Source: Candidatus Saccharimonadota bacterium (GTDB lineage: Bacteria > Patescibacteriota > Saccharimonadia > Saccharimonadales > UBA10212). From it: DNA of 64,000 nt. The stretch spans positions 387,777 to 451,776 of the forward strand of contig JALHRM010000001.1 of the NCBI GenBank assembly GCA_022841445.1, in the 5' to 3' direction. Positions 34,683 to 44,800 of the stretch are shown one piece after another. Position 1 is the first letter of the stretch. Every line of letters starts with the position of its first letter. The translations under genes were made by a program, and so were the position numbers. The notes beneath the pieces were generated by a model that saw only the letters and a program-made list of their open reading frames with translations, ran no database searches and had not been told where the DNA came from.

Positions 34683-35213
34683 TCAGCGCTGAATAGCGGA
34701 TAGAATTCTCTGCAAGGGGCGGCGTTTATGATAGTTAATTACGGTGCGAGATTCATGTATGTCTTGTAGTTTTGGTACCGTAGCTCCAGCTACAGCACCT
34801 GCGACAATACCGTAGAAGGCATCATAATGGTTGGTTACGCCGCTTTCCCATCCCAGAAAGTTATAGCTGGTTTTTGTCTCAACTGCAAGATTTGCTGCGC
34901 TTGCAAGTGCAAGCGCAGCACCACCAACTTTAAGTCTGAACCGGGATATAAAAGCACCTCGGTCTTGCGACTCAACGGCATATTCACGATTTGATGCAGA
35001 TAAAACTCCAGCAACACCAACCATTACTCCCATACTGCCAGATGCAAGAACGTTCCCGACGCTATTACTCACATCCACAGGATCGGGCAGGGCGCCGCGT
35101 CCACTAGGCATAAATTTGGCTGATGTAGCTAAAAGACTGCCGCCAATCAAGGTAGCAACTCTCTGCCATGAAGTAGTGATTCTATACCGGTGTGTTTCTG
35201 ATTCTAGCGACAT
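34683..35213 (-). CDS. hypothetical Gly/Ala-rich membrane protein (176 aa)
   Basis: An ORF with several Gly/Ala-rich hydrophobic stretches. Confidence 0.4.
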   Translation of the reverse strand: MSLESETHRYRITTSWQRVATLIGGSLLATSAKFMPSGRGALPDPVDVSNSVGNVLASGSMGVMVGVAGVLSASNREYAVESQDRGAFISRFRLKVGGAALALASAANLAVETKTSYNFLGWESGVTNHYDAFYGIVAGAVAGATVPKLQDIHESRTVINYHKRRPLQRILSAIQR

Positions 35214-35295
35214 CCAGGTGATTATTATAAAATATATGGGGTAGATTATAAAGTTGTTCGTGGTATGTACGATTTTGAGTTAATATAAGAGTTAT

Positions 35296-35988
35296 ATGTG
35301 GCAAAAAACGAACAATGGGTTGTATCAAAAATTTGAGTTCAAGGATTTTGATGAAGCGTTTAATTTTATGACGAGTGTTGCGGTGCTGGCGAGGCAACAC
35401 AATCATCATCCGGTCTGGAAAAATAACTGGAATAAAGTAGAAATCTGGCTTTCAACGCATAGTGCAGATGGCGCAATTACCGCCAAGGATGAAGCACTTG
35501 CCAGTGCAATTAGTGAACAAATAACAGATGAAAAATCCGATAATGTTGAAAAAAAGTCAACAACACGGGTAAACATTAAGGAAGCCAAATTGTATACGGA
35601 TGGTGGTTCTCGCGGGAACCCAGGGCCATCTGCCGGAGCGTATGTTATTTTTGATCTCGATGACACCATCGTAGAAAAAAACGGCTACTATATCGGCATT
35701 ACGACGAATAATCAGGCAGAATATCAGGCGCTTCGGCGCGGGCTCGAACGTGCTCGTGATTTGAATATCAGAAAACTACACGTGTATATGGACAGTCTAC
35801 TTGTTATTAATCAAATGAAGGGCTTATTCAAGGTAAAAAACCGCGAACTTTGGGCGGTGTATGAGGCGGCATCCCAACTTGTTATTGAATCATTTGAAAG
35901 TGTTACGTTCACACATGTACCCAGAGAATTCAATAAAGATGCTGATGCAGAAGTGAATCGTGTCTTGGACGAAGAAGAAAGTAACTGA
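35296..35988 (+). CDS. fusion protein: pterin-4a-carbinolamine dehydratase-like domain plus RNase HI domain
   Basis: The N-terminal FDEAFNFMTSVAVLARQHNHHPVW...LSTHS is a PCD/DCoH signature. The C-terminus carries RNase H DEDD motifs: LYTDGGSRGNPGPS, TNNQAEYQAL, YMDSLLV and NKDADAEVN. Confidence 0.7.
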   Translation: MWQKTNNGLYQKFEFKDFDEAFNFMTSVAVLARQHNHHPVWKNNWNKVEIWLSTHSADGAITAKDEALASAISEQITDEKSDNVEKKSTTRVNIKEAKLYTDGGSRGNPGPSAGAYVIFDLDDTIVEKNGYYIGITTNNQAEYQALRRGLERARDLNIRKLHVYMDSLLVINQMKGLFKVKNRELWAVYEAASQLVIESFESVTFTHVPREFNKDADAEVNRVLDEEESN

Positions 35989-36032
35989 GTCGGTTCAGGC
36001 GCCCATAACGCTCATTCTAATGTACAATATAG

Positions 36033-36416
36033 GGGCACAGGGTTGCTGGCTGGCTGCTTCTTAATTTATTAGGGAGAGGAAAGTCCGGGCAGCGTAGGGC
36101 ATGGCAGTTGTTAACGGCAACCGGGGGAAACCCTAGGGAAAGTGCCACAGAGACGACACAGCCACAGGCGTTATTGCGCCTTGGCGATAGGTGAAATGAG
36201 TGGGGTAAGAGCCCACAGCCGGTTACGGTGACGTAATCGGGAGGTAAACCCTGCCTGCTGCAAGGAGACGGATTTACAACTTTTAGTAGTTGTGGTGCCC
36301 GCCAGATCCGTCGTTATAGAACCGCGTGAGTCTGTTGGCAACAGCAGACCTAGATAGATGGTCAGCGTCTTGGTTTCCAAGATACAGAACCCGGCTTATA
36401 GGCAACCCGGTGCACT
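36033..36416 (+). ncRNA. rnpB: RNase P RNA (bacterial type A)
   Basis: GAGGAAAGTCCGGGC and ACAGAACCCGGCTTA form the P4 strands. P1 is GCACAGGGTTGC / GCAACCCGGTGC. A TACAAT -10 lies at 36023. Confidence 0.85.
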
Positions 36417-36423
36417 TATTAAA

Positions 36424-36452
36424 CAAAACCCCAGTACTGCACTGGGGTTTTT
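36424..36452. terminator. bidirectional terminator between rnpB and rplT
   Basis: AAAA-CCCCAGT-ACTGC-ACTGGGG-TTTTT. Confidence 0.7.
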
Positions 36453-36470
36453 ACTATCTATAAAAGTAGG

Positions 36471-36818
36471 CTATTTTATTTTGGCGGCTTTAACAACTGC
36501 TTCGAAGGCTTTTGGTTCGTTGACTGCTAGTTCGGCTAATACCTTGCGGTCGAGGTCTATCTTGGCGCTTTTAAGTGCAGCAATAAACAAGCTATAGGTT
36601 GTGCCATGTTCACGGGCAGCGGCATTAATACGAGCATTCCATAGGCTGCGCATCGTACGCTTGCGGTTACGGCGGTCGCGGTAGGCGAATTGTAAGGCAC
36701 GGGTCAGTGTTTGCTTACCTCGCCTAACGCTCACTCGTGATGAGTGGCTCATGCCTTTTGTCGCTTTTCGGATTTTATTGTGCTTTTTGTGGGTAGCAAC
36801 CCCTCGTTTTACTCGCAT
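36471..36818 (-). CDS. rplT: 50S ribosomal protein L20
   Basis: MRVKRGVATHKKHNKIRKATKG...AYRDRRNRKR. Confidence 0.9.
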   Translation of the reverse strand: MRVKRGVATHKKHNKIRKATKGMSHSSRVSVRRGKQTLTRALQFAYRDRRNRKRTMRSLWNARINAAAREHGTTYSLFIAALKSAKIDLDRKVLAELAVNEPKAFEAVVKAAKIK

Positions 36819-36822
36819 CGAA

Positions 36823-37017
36823 TTATACTCCTAGGTTCCGGCGGATACTTTTGACATTTTTGCCAACCATTTCACGAACACCACTATAAGTGCGCTTTCG
36901 CGCCGCAGATTTTTTCTCCAGAAAGTGACCACCACCAGCGCGGCGGCTCATAATCTTACCCGTCTTGGTTTGTTGCAGGCGTTTCTTCGTCCCGCTGTGG
37001 GTTTTTAGCTTTGGCAT
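36823..37017 (-). CDS. rpmI: 50S ribosomal protein L35
   Basis: MPKLKTHSGTKKRLQQTKTGKIMSRRAGGGH. Confidence 0.9.
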   Translation of the reverse strand: MPKLKTHSGTKKRLQQTKTGKIMSRRAGGGHFLEKKSAARKRTYSGVREMVGKNVKSIRRNLGV

Positions 37018-37528
37018 TGGTGTTGCTCCTTAAAACAAAGTTGAGTTGTTTGCCGGTTAATTGTGGCGGCTGGTCGACAATTGCTTGTTCACCGCACAGC
37101 TCGATAACTCTGGTGGCAAACGTAAAGCCCAAATCTTTATGGGCTAACTCACGTCCTCGATAGATTATCGTAATTTTTACTTTATGTCCAGCCTCAAGGA
37201 AGCTAGTTACTTTCTTGAGCTTGGTATGAAGGTCGTGATCGCCGATTTTTAATCCGAGTCGGATCTGCTTCACCTCAAGATTTTTGGCGTTCTTCTTATT
37301 TTTTTGTAGTTGTTTGGTGCGTTGGTAGTTGTACTTGCCCCAATCAACGATTTTGACAACGGGAGGATTGGCTTCCGGTGAAACTTCAACGAGATCGAGC
37401 TCAGCGGCTTCAGCAGCTGCCAGTGCTTCAGACTTTGTCATAACACCTAACTGCCGACCATCTTCATCGATAACTCGCATCTGTGATGCACGAATAGCCG
37501 TATTAATGCGCGGATTTTTAGAACTCAC
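36956..37528 (-). CDS. infC: translation initiation factor IF-3
   Basis: INTAIRASQMRVIDEDGRQLGVM...LDLVEVSPEANPPVVKIVDWGKYNY. The start is GTG. The 3' tail overlaps rpmI by 62 nt. Confidence 0.85.
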   Translation of the reverse strand: MSSKNPRINTAIRASQMRVIDEDGRQLGVMTKSEALAAAEAAELDLVEVSPEANPPVVKIVDWGKYNYQRTKQLQKNKKNAKNLEVKQIRLGLKIGDHDLHTKLKKVTSFLEAGHKVKITIIYRGRELAHKDLGFTFATRVIELCGEQAIVDQPPQLTGKQLNFVLRSNTNAKAKNPQRDEETPATNQDG

Positions 37529-37702
37529 CGATGTTCCTCAAATAGGTCGAAGTCGATGTGTAACCGAATGTATTAATTGCTATTCTCCATGTCGTCTTGC
37601 AAATAATCATACCAAACTAATAAACAGGGGTCAACCCTTAGCTGGCCCATCGGCCAAAGTCTGGTTTAGAAAAATGAGTGTGGGTCAGAACTCTACGTGT
37701 AG

Positions 37703-39247
37703 TTAGGCAGGAGCGAGTATTTTGGTCCGGTCTATGCGGTACTGGAGGGCTTCTGCAACATGATGAGTGGCAATAGCATCGGACGAATCAAGATCGGCAA
37801 TGGTGCGGGCGACCTTTATGATTTTAAAGTAAGACCGAGCGGACAACTCCATTTTGGCAGCCGCCGCATCTAGTAGTTCTTTGGCTGTACCATCCAGCCC
37901 AGAGATAGTTCGGATTTCGCGATTTGTCATCATGTTGTTGCAGCGTCCTTTGCCTAATCTCTTTTGCTGAATGGCTAAGGCAGTTGCTACTCGCCGTGCA
38001 ACCGCATGACTGGTTTCCTGGCCAGGGTTCGGCTTGAGTAGTTTATCGTGCTCGACAAGCTCGGCTGTCACCTGTAGGTCGATCCTGTCCATAATTGGAC
38101 CTGACAGGTGGCGGGGATATGGCGCTACTACATGTGGGCTACAAGTACATTCCCGGCCATTAATTCCCCAGTAACCACATGGACACGGATTTTGCGTAGC
38201 GATGAGCATGAAGTCGGCGGGGTATTCTACTGACTGCTTAGCCCGAGCAATGCTGATGCATCGGTCTTCTATTGGCTGCCGGAGTGCCTCAAGTACGCTA
38301 CGGCCGAATTCCGGAATCTCATCTAAGAACAAGACCCCGCGGTGCGCTAGTGATATTTCTCCAGGTATCGGTTTGGTGCCACCTCCGACCAGTGCAGTAC
38401 TGCTTGATGTATGATGAGGTGCTCTGAAAGGGACAGTGGTAATGACATTGCCGTACATGCCACTCTGCAGGCTATGAAGGTAGGTTACTTCTATCATCTG
38501 TTCGCGGGTTAGGCGTGGCAATATACCGGCTGTTGCTTTGGCAAGCATGCTTTTACCTACGCCTGGAGCGCCGTTAAGTAGGATGTTATGGCGGCCGGCC
38601 GCGGCGATTTCTAATGCTCTTTTTGGAAGCATTTGTCCGGTGATATCTGAAAAGTCCGGGGTGTTTGATGGTGTATCTTGATTTATCTTAGTATTTGATG
38701 AGTACTCATTTCCTCCTGATCTAGCAATTTTTATCCTAGACACGCCCGTGAGGTCGTAATAAAGGTCTTTCAGACTTTTTACGGCATAGAGGGCTATGTC
38801 TGGTACCAGCATGGCTTGGTCGAAGTTGGTGGCGGGTATGTAAAACTCACGAAACCCCCTTCGCTTACCAGCCAGTAATAATCCGATAACTCCGCGTGCT
38901 GGCAATATCTCACCGCTAAGCGCTAGTTCTCCGATAAAAATACGACCTTTTGTAGCATCAGGCGATATCTGGCCACTTGCAGTAAGTATGGCTAAAGCCA
39001 TTGGAACATCTAAAGTGGTTGCATCTTTCGGTTGATCAGCGGGGGACAAGTTGAGCGTAATATGCTTTTTGGGTAGAGGGAGTGAGCTGTTGGCGAATGC
39101 AGCCCTCAGTCGTTCCTTTGATTCATCTACTGCACGCGAGGCAAAGCCGATAACGCTAATGCTCGGCAAGCTGTTAGTTAAATGACATTCGACACGTATC
39201 GTAGAACCACCAAAATTTTCTACAATGCTTGTGATACTGTTTGCCAT
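37703..39247 (-). CDS. comM: YifB/ComM-family Mg-chelatase-like AAA+ ATPase
   Basis: It has a Lon-like N-domain, Walker A GAPGVGKSMLAK, Walker B VLFLDEIPEF, and the C-terminal ARSYFKIIKVARTIADL. Confidence 0.85.
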   Translation of the reverse strand: MANSITSIVENFGGSTIRVECHLTNSLPSISVIGFASRAVDESKERLRAAFANSSLPLPKKHITLNLSPADQPKDATTLDVPMALAILTASGQISPDATKGRIFIGELALSGEILPARGVIGLLLAGKRRGFREFYIPATNFDQAMLVPDIALYAVKSLKDLYYDLTGVSRIKIARSGGNEYSSNTKINQDTPSNTPDFSDITGQMLPKRALEIAAAGRHNILLNGAPGVGKSMLAKATAGILPRLTREQMIEVTYLHSLQSGMYGNVITTVPFRAPHHTSSSTALVGGGTKPIPGEISLAHRGVLFLDEIPEFGRSVLEALRQPIEDRCISIARAKQSVEYPADFMLIATQNPCPCGYWGINGRECTCSPHVVAPYPRHLSGPIMDRIDLQVTAELVEHDKLLKPNPGQETSHAVARRVATALAIQQKRLGKGRCNNMMTNREIRTISGLDGTAKELLDAAAAKMELSARSYFKIIKVARTIADLDSSDAIATHHVAEALQYRIDRTKILAPA

Positions 39248-39371
39248 TGTGTTGATTCAAGTATACGAGCATGACTGTGCAGGGAAAGTGCTTAAACTTA
39301 CAATTATTCTTGTTGGCTTCGCATCGGCAGCTTAGACCTAATTTATTTAATTAGTGTTCCTCAAATATAAA

Positions 39372-39522
39372 ATCACCCGGTCTATTTTGACCGGGTGATG
39401 GGTGTTGGTTTTTGTTTCGAATGTTGTTACGACGATTTTGATTTTCTAGATGGAACAACGGCTTGCGAGAAGCCGTTGTTGCTAAGGTCTTTTTGTTTTG
39501 AGCACTTTTTTTATTCAAGTGC
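39372..39522. other. three consecutive strong hairpins in a gene-free AT-rich region
   Basis: The hairpins are 39372-39399 (11-bp perfect stem), 39454-39480 (11-bp perfect stem followed by a T-run) and 39502-39522 (6 bp). Confidence 0.5.
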
Positions 39523-39902
39523 CGTTTTCATCTTATAAACTAGCTTAAATAGTGTCAATAGAAAAACGTAAGAATTTTTATAAACCTGTGCATAACTCAG
39601 ACTACTTGTGCCCACCAGGAAAACATAATTTTGTAGAAAATGCTCTACTTGGCAGTGCATTTTTTAACACTAGAAATAGTAAAGTTGGCTACAATCTATG
39701 AGTACAAAATAAACTTGAGATGAGTTAATTCATTCAGAAGAGTAATCAATTTTTACGTAATTTCTCAGTAACGAATTAGTGTCTAATAGATTTTAAAACT
39801 CGGATACTCCGAGCCAGTCAACGTATGGATTAAACAAAACTTCTGGAATGAGATTATTGCAAAGATTTTCTACTATTTCAGGGTCTGCCGAGACGAGTAT
39901 CC

Positions 39903-40445
39903 TTAGTGTGTATGATCGTAGTAAGCGGTATATTCAGCAGTAGCTTCATTATCCGCGGAACCTTGCCTAGCTTCTTCAATTGTAATATGTCCTGCCGCAG
40001 TAACTTCTTTAAGGTATAAGGCGACCACTTGTTGGAATATTTTAGGGTATATAACATCGGTAGGTACTGTCTTTTCATCTGGAGTGCCTATTACGATAAT
40101 AGCGCCGAGAAGCCCCCCCTTGGATCTAGCTGCGGCTCTTCGTATGCGCATCCCAAGTTCTACGCTGTGCATCATTGCTTCACGACCTTTGACCTCAACT
40201 CTTATTTACGGCTTCAGCGGCACTAAATAGATCAAACAGGGGTTGTGAAGCTGTTGAATATTGCGAGGCAGGGTAATATGCTGAATTGCCCTGTCGCCAT
40301 TGTAGCTAAAGCGTGAGTATATCTGCTCTTCATCGATGACGGAATCTTTGAAGTCCCATGTTGGCTGGGCCTTACTAAAAAGCGGAATTAATCCACGCTG
40401 GGTAGCGTGGATCCCACCTTCGTAATGAAACAGTATATTGTACAA
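39903..40445 (-). pseudogene. 180-codon reading frame interrupted by one in-frame TAA (possible PD-(D/E)xK nuclease-like remnant)
   Basis: ORFs 40206-40445 and 39903-40175 share a frame. The only stop between them is TAA at 40208-40206. The sequence across the junction is ...LIYLVPLKP*IRVEVKGREAMMHS. Confidence 0.4.
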
Positions 40446-40993
40446 AGCTTTTAGGCGAGTACTCTATTTCAAGTCATGTTCTTATGATTCTATCAATAGA
40501 AGGATCAGTGCAATGTTCAATACGTAAATGCGAATTTATAAGTATATTATAAAACTTTATACCAGTACTAGCGAAAGGGCTTACTAATATTAATGTAGAT
40601 GAAATAACAACTTCTAATTACTTATATTTATGCGCATAAGTAGAAGCCGTAGCGAGTCATTAGTTACATTTATGTTGTGATTACAACCACTATCTATTAT
40701 GGAAAATAGAGAATAGTATTAAGCATTTTAAGATGTATTGTTGTTATATTTGATATAAAAAGTCATTGACATATGTAACTTATTTTGCTAGTCTTTATGT
40801 ATGCCAGAAAAATAAAAATCTTGCATCCCAGCTCAAAAATACAACACTAAAAAGAGCTGCTAACGCTCAATTTGCCTCACGGCAAAAAGAGCGGTCAGTC
40901 AAGCCGGGGAATAAGGTAAGCGCTAAATATTAATTTATAAAGAGCGCATTTACCCCCTGGCTCTTTGTTATAATTAGACCCTTCAATACCAAT

Positions 40994-41347
40994 ATGGAAT
41001 TATCGAAGAATACAATTAAGTACCTGATGTTTGCGACCTTATGCTTGGTGGCGGGGGTTGGCCTAATGGTGATGGTTAATCCGCGCCAGCAGGTATTTTA
41101 TGCACTAGTGTTTTTTGGTCTACTTATTGGATTTTTATTTTCACTACTGTTGAGTTTATACGCATTGTATAGTCTGAAAGTCCCCAGCTCAATCATAAAA
41201 CGCAGGTCACTTATTGTGGCAATCGGGACTACTATGATAGTGATGATTCAATCGACTGGTCGGCTGGGTCTAACCGATGTTCTACTGGTTTTAGTGCTCA
41301 TGTTTGTTGGTCTATTCTATGCGGAATGGCGTTTTGGTAAGGATTAG
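40994..41347 (+). CDS. small membrane protein (117 aa, 4 TM)
   Basis: It has four hydrophobic helices and is the first gene of a three-gene same-strand set. Confidence 0.5.
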   Translation: MELSKNTIKYLMFATLCLVAGVGLMVMVNPRQQVFYALVFFGLLIGFLFSLLLSLYALYSLKVPSSIIKRRSLIVAIGTTMIVMIQSTGRLGLTDVLLVLVLMFVGLFYAEWRFGKD

Positions 41348-41399
41348 TTGGTGGTAAGGTTGTTTCCCGATGAGTTCTCGTCACGTATAATACATATAT

Positions 41400-41846
41400 A
41401 TGAGTATTCAATCTTCGGGATTTCCTGCCGGACAGGAATCTGCTCCGTTCCCTGCGCCTCATCCTGAGCAGTCAATAGGGCATGCCCCGGTGATGGTAGA
41501 GGCTGGTCAGGTGAATCCTGAGCTACACAGAGAATCTGACATGGGAAGTGCGCATGCAGCTGCTCCTCCAGTGGTTAATCCAGCATCTATCGCCGTGCCA
41601 TCACAGGCCGCAACGACCAGTTTTGCCACCCCTCAACCCCAGGCAACGCCCGTCTACACAGCGGCAGCAACAGATGACGAAGACCTTATTGCCAATGAAT
41701 GGGTGATCAGGGCAAAGAGCATCATTAGTCGAACTAGGGATGACCCACACGCCCAGAAACAAGAGCTGAGCAAGATAAAGGCTGAATACATCGAAAAGCG
41801 CTATGATAAAAAGATAAAATTGGCTGACGACGTAGTGGGCACATGA
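41400..41846 (+). CDS. hypothetical protein (148 aa) with a Pro/Ala-rich N-half and a helical C-half
   Basis: TATAAT (41386-41391) lies 8 nt before the ATG. The stop overlaps the next start (ATGA). Confidence 0.5.
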   Translation: MSIQSSGFPAGQESAPFPAPHPEQSIGHAPVMVEAGQVNPELHRESDMGSAHAAAPPVVNPASIAVPSQAATTSFATPQPQATPVYTAAATDDEDLIANEWVIRAKSIISRTRDDPHAQKQELSKIKAEYIEKRYDKKIKLADDVVGT

Positions 41847-44800
41847 TCGTAGCAATATTCATCCTATTCATATTAATAGCCATAGGTGCAGGGGGGGTGT
41901 ACGGCTATTTCTATATTCGCAAGACGCGCCGTGAACAGAAGAACTACGAACGCGGCCTAAAAATGGTGCCGCTACTGATACATATACCTCCGCTTAGTGA
42001 TGATGCTGAAAAGGGCGGCCGAGATGCTCGTGATTTGGCTGACGAAAATATTAGTAAAGCCCAGACGCTTTACGGGATATTGGCCAGCACCTACGATAAG
42101 AAATTTAAATCTAAATATTATGGCCAAAAGCATATTGCATTAGAAATAGTCGCCCACAAGGGTTTCGTGTACTTTTATGCCGCAGTTCCAGTACCAATGA
42201 TACAAGTCTTTCAGCAGGCGTTGGTCAGTGCCTATCCGTCGTCCCGGCTGGAGGAAGTTGCCGATCACAACATCTTTAGCCCAGTTGGTCGCATAAATGC
42301 CACAACTGGTGGCGAGATGGTCTTAAAGGAAAATTTTGCCTACCCAATTGCCACATATCAGGATGTAAAAAGGGATAGCATTCAGTCGGTATTGAATGCT
42401 CTTTCTACACTGGATAAGGAAGATGGAGCAGGTATTCAATTCTTGCTTCGGCCGGCTAGTCCAGAATGGCGTAAAAAAGCCCATTCTGTTGCTGAAAATA
42501 AGCGTAAGGGCAAAAAGAAGACCAAGGGTATTGATGCTGCTTTTTCGGGTGCGGGTCAGGTATTTACCGCGCTAACCAAGCCCCCTGAAAACAAAGGCGG
42601 CGGTGATTCAAAACCGTCCGAGAAGCCGCTTTCATCACTTGATCAGTCAATTGTTGATGCTATTGATGATAAGACCAGACAGCCTGGTTTTGAAATTACT
42701 ATCAGAATTATCGCTTCGTCGAATGTTTCCAGCCGAGCAGTCACTATTCTCAATAATCTTGTTGCTACATTTGCCCTGTACGATGCTCCTGGCAAAAACG
42801 GCTTTAAGTATGCTGCCGCCAAAGACCTAGACCACTTTATTACTTCTTATAATCTGCGAATATTCCAGCCCGAAAATAACAAAAATATTCTCAACTCAAC
42901 GGAGCTAGCGACGCTGTTCCACTTCCCGGATCAAAGCAACATCCCGACGTCTCAGCTGGAACGCCAAGCCAGCAAACAAGTAGATGGACCCCGGAACATC
43001 GGTGACGAAGGCTTATTGCTTGGTTACAACGTATTTCGGGGTATTAAAAAACCAATCAGACTCAGCGATGATGATCGTCGCCGTCATATGTACGTCGTAG
43101 GGCAGACAGGTACCGGTAAATCAGTATTCCTCGAAAACATGGCGCTTCAGGATATGCTGAGCGGCCGTGGGTTTGCTTTCGTTGATCCGCACGGTGATAC
43201 TGCCGAGAAGATATTGGAGATGGTGCCAAAAGAGCGCACAGAGGATGTTATCTATTTCTGCCCAGCAGATATGGATTATCCGTTAGGGCTAAACATGTTC
43301 GAATTTAGCGATAACAGTCAAAAAGACTTCTTGATCCAAGAAGCCATCGACATGCTCTATAAGTTGTATGACCCCCAGCATCAAGGAATTATTGGTCCTC
43401 GTTATGAGGCTTGGTTTAGAAACGCTGCGCTAACCATTATGGCTGATCCAGAAGGCGCTACTTTTATCGACATCCCGAACGTCTTCCAGGACAACAAATA
43501 TATGAAGAATAAGTTGCAGTACGTCAAGGATCCTACAGTGCTGGACTTTTGGAACAAAGAAATGGCGCAGACTTCTGACTACCATAAGAGTGAGGTACTT
43601 GGCTGGTTCGTGAGTAAGTTTGGTGCGTTTCGTTCAAACGAAATGATGCGCAACATCATCGGTCAGAACAAGAGTGCGTTCGATATGCGCAAAATTATGG
43701 ATGAGGGCAAGATCCTGCTGGTTAATCTCAGCAAAGGGCGTACCGGTGAACTTAACTCCAAGCTGCTTGGTATGATTTTCGTGATGAAGTTTCAGGCAGC
43801 GGCCATGAGTCGCGCCAATGTACTTGAAGAGGACCGTAAGGACTTTTGTTTATATGTCGATGAGTTCCAAAACTTCAGTACTGACAGTTTTGCCAGTATC
43901 TTGAGTGAGGCGAGGAAATACCGGCTGAACCTGATTGTAGCCAACCAGTTTACGACGCAACTATCGGATGAAATACGTGATGCGGTGTTCGGTAATGTCG
44001 GTACGATGATATCTTTTCGGGTTGGCACGGCTGATGCTGAAGCATTAGTCAAGAAGTTCCAGCCGGTATTTGACACCGACGATCTGCAGCGAATTCCAAA
44101 TCACAATACCGTGACCCAGATGATTATCGGTGGTGTGCCAAGCCAGGCATTTTCAATGGTTACGTTACCACCTCTTGGTAATCCAAATAGGCAGTTAGGC
44201 CTTGCGTTGAAACAGTTATCGGCCGCCAAACACGGGCGACCCAAGGCTGTGGTTGAAGAAGAAATTTTTGCCCGCATGCGTAGTGCTGATGGGAGTGGTA
44301 ATACCCCGAGTAATCCCCCGGGGGTGGCAACAGCCGCTGCGCCAGTTGCCGGCGCTGCACCAAAGCCGGCGTCGTCCAATTCGTTCCTGGACGATTGGTT
44401 GAATAAGCGCAAACAGCAGCCGGCTCCACCACCTCAGCCGATTTCTGCCGCACAACCCATAGGTAATAGCCAGCCAGCCCCACAGCAGCCAATAGCCCAA
44501 AGTGCTCCACCTATTGCTCAGCCTACCATCACTACTCCTTCTGCAGCGACATCATTTGGCCAGCCAATGCAGTCATCGGTGCCGCCGGTGATAGATCAAC
44601 CTCAAAATCAGGCACCGCCCGCTGTTTCTGCCCCCCAGCAGCCTGTACAAACACTGAGCCCAGCTCAGCTCACACCGTACCAGCCAACCGCATCAGTGCC
44701 GGCTCAAGCGCCGCACCTTACGCCGTATCCGCCATCTCCATCACCATTGGTACGGCAGGAGCCTGAGCAGAAACCGCATTCTGCGCCACCGGTGACAGCG

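Noticed and set aside
36171-36597. ORFs 36171-36380 and 36358-36597
   Set aside because: They overlap RNase P RNA and the antisense strand of rplT. They have no start signals.
36956-37017. The 62-nt overlap of the infC 3' end with the rpmI start, considered as a mis-call or a regulatory feature
   Set aside because: Both reading frames carry clear family motifs. The IF-3 tail is simply extended, and there is no evidence of anything beyond a gene overlap.
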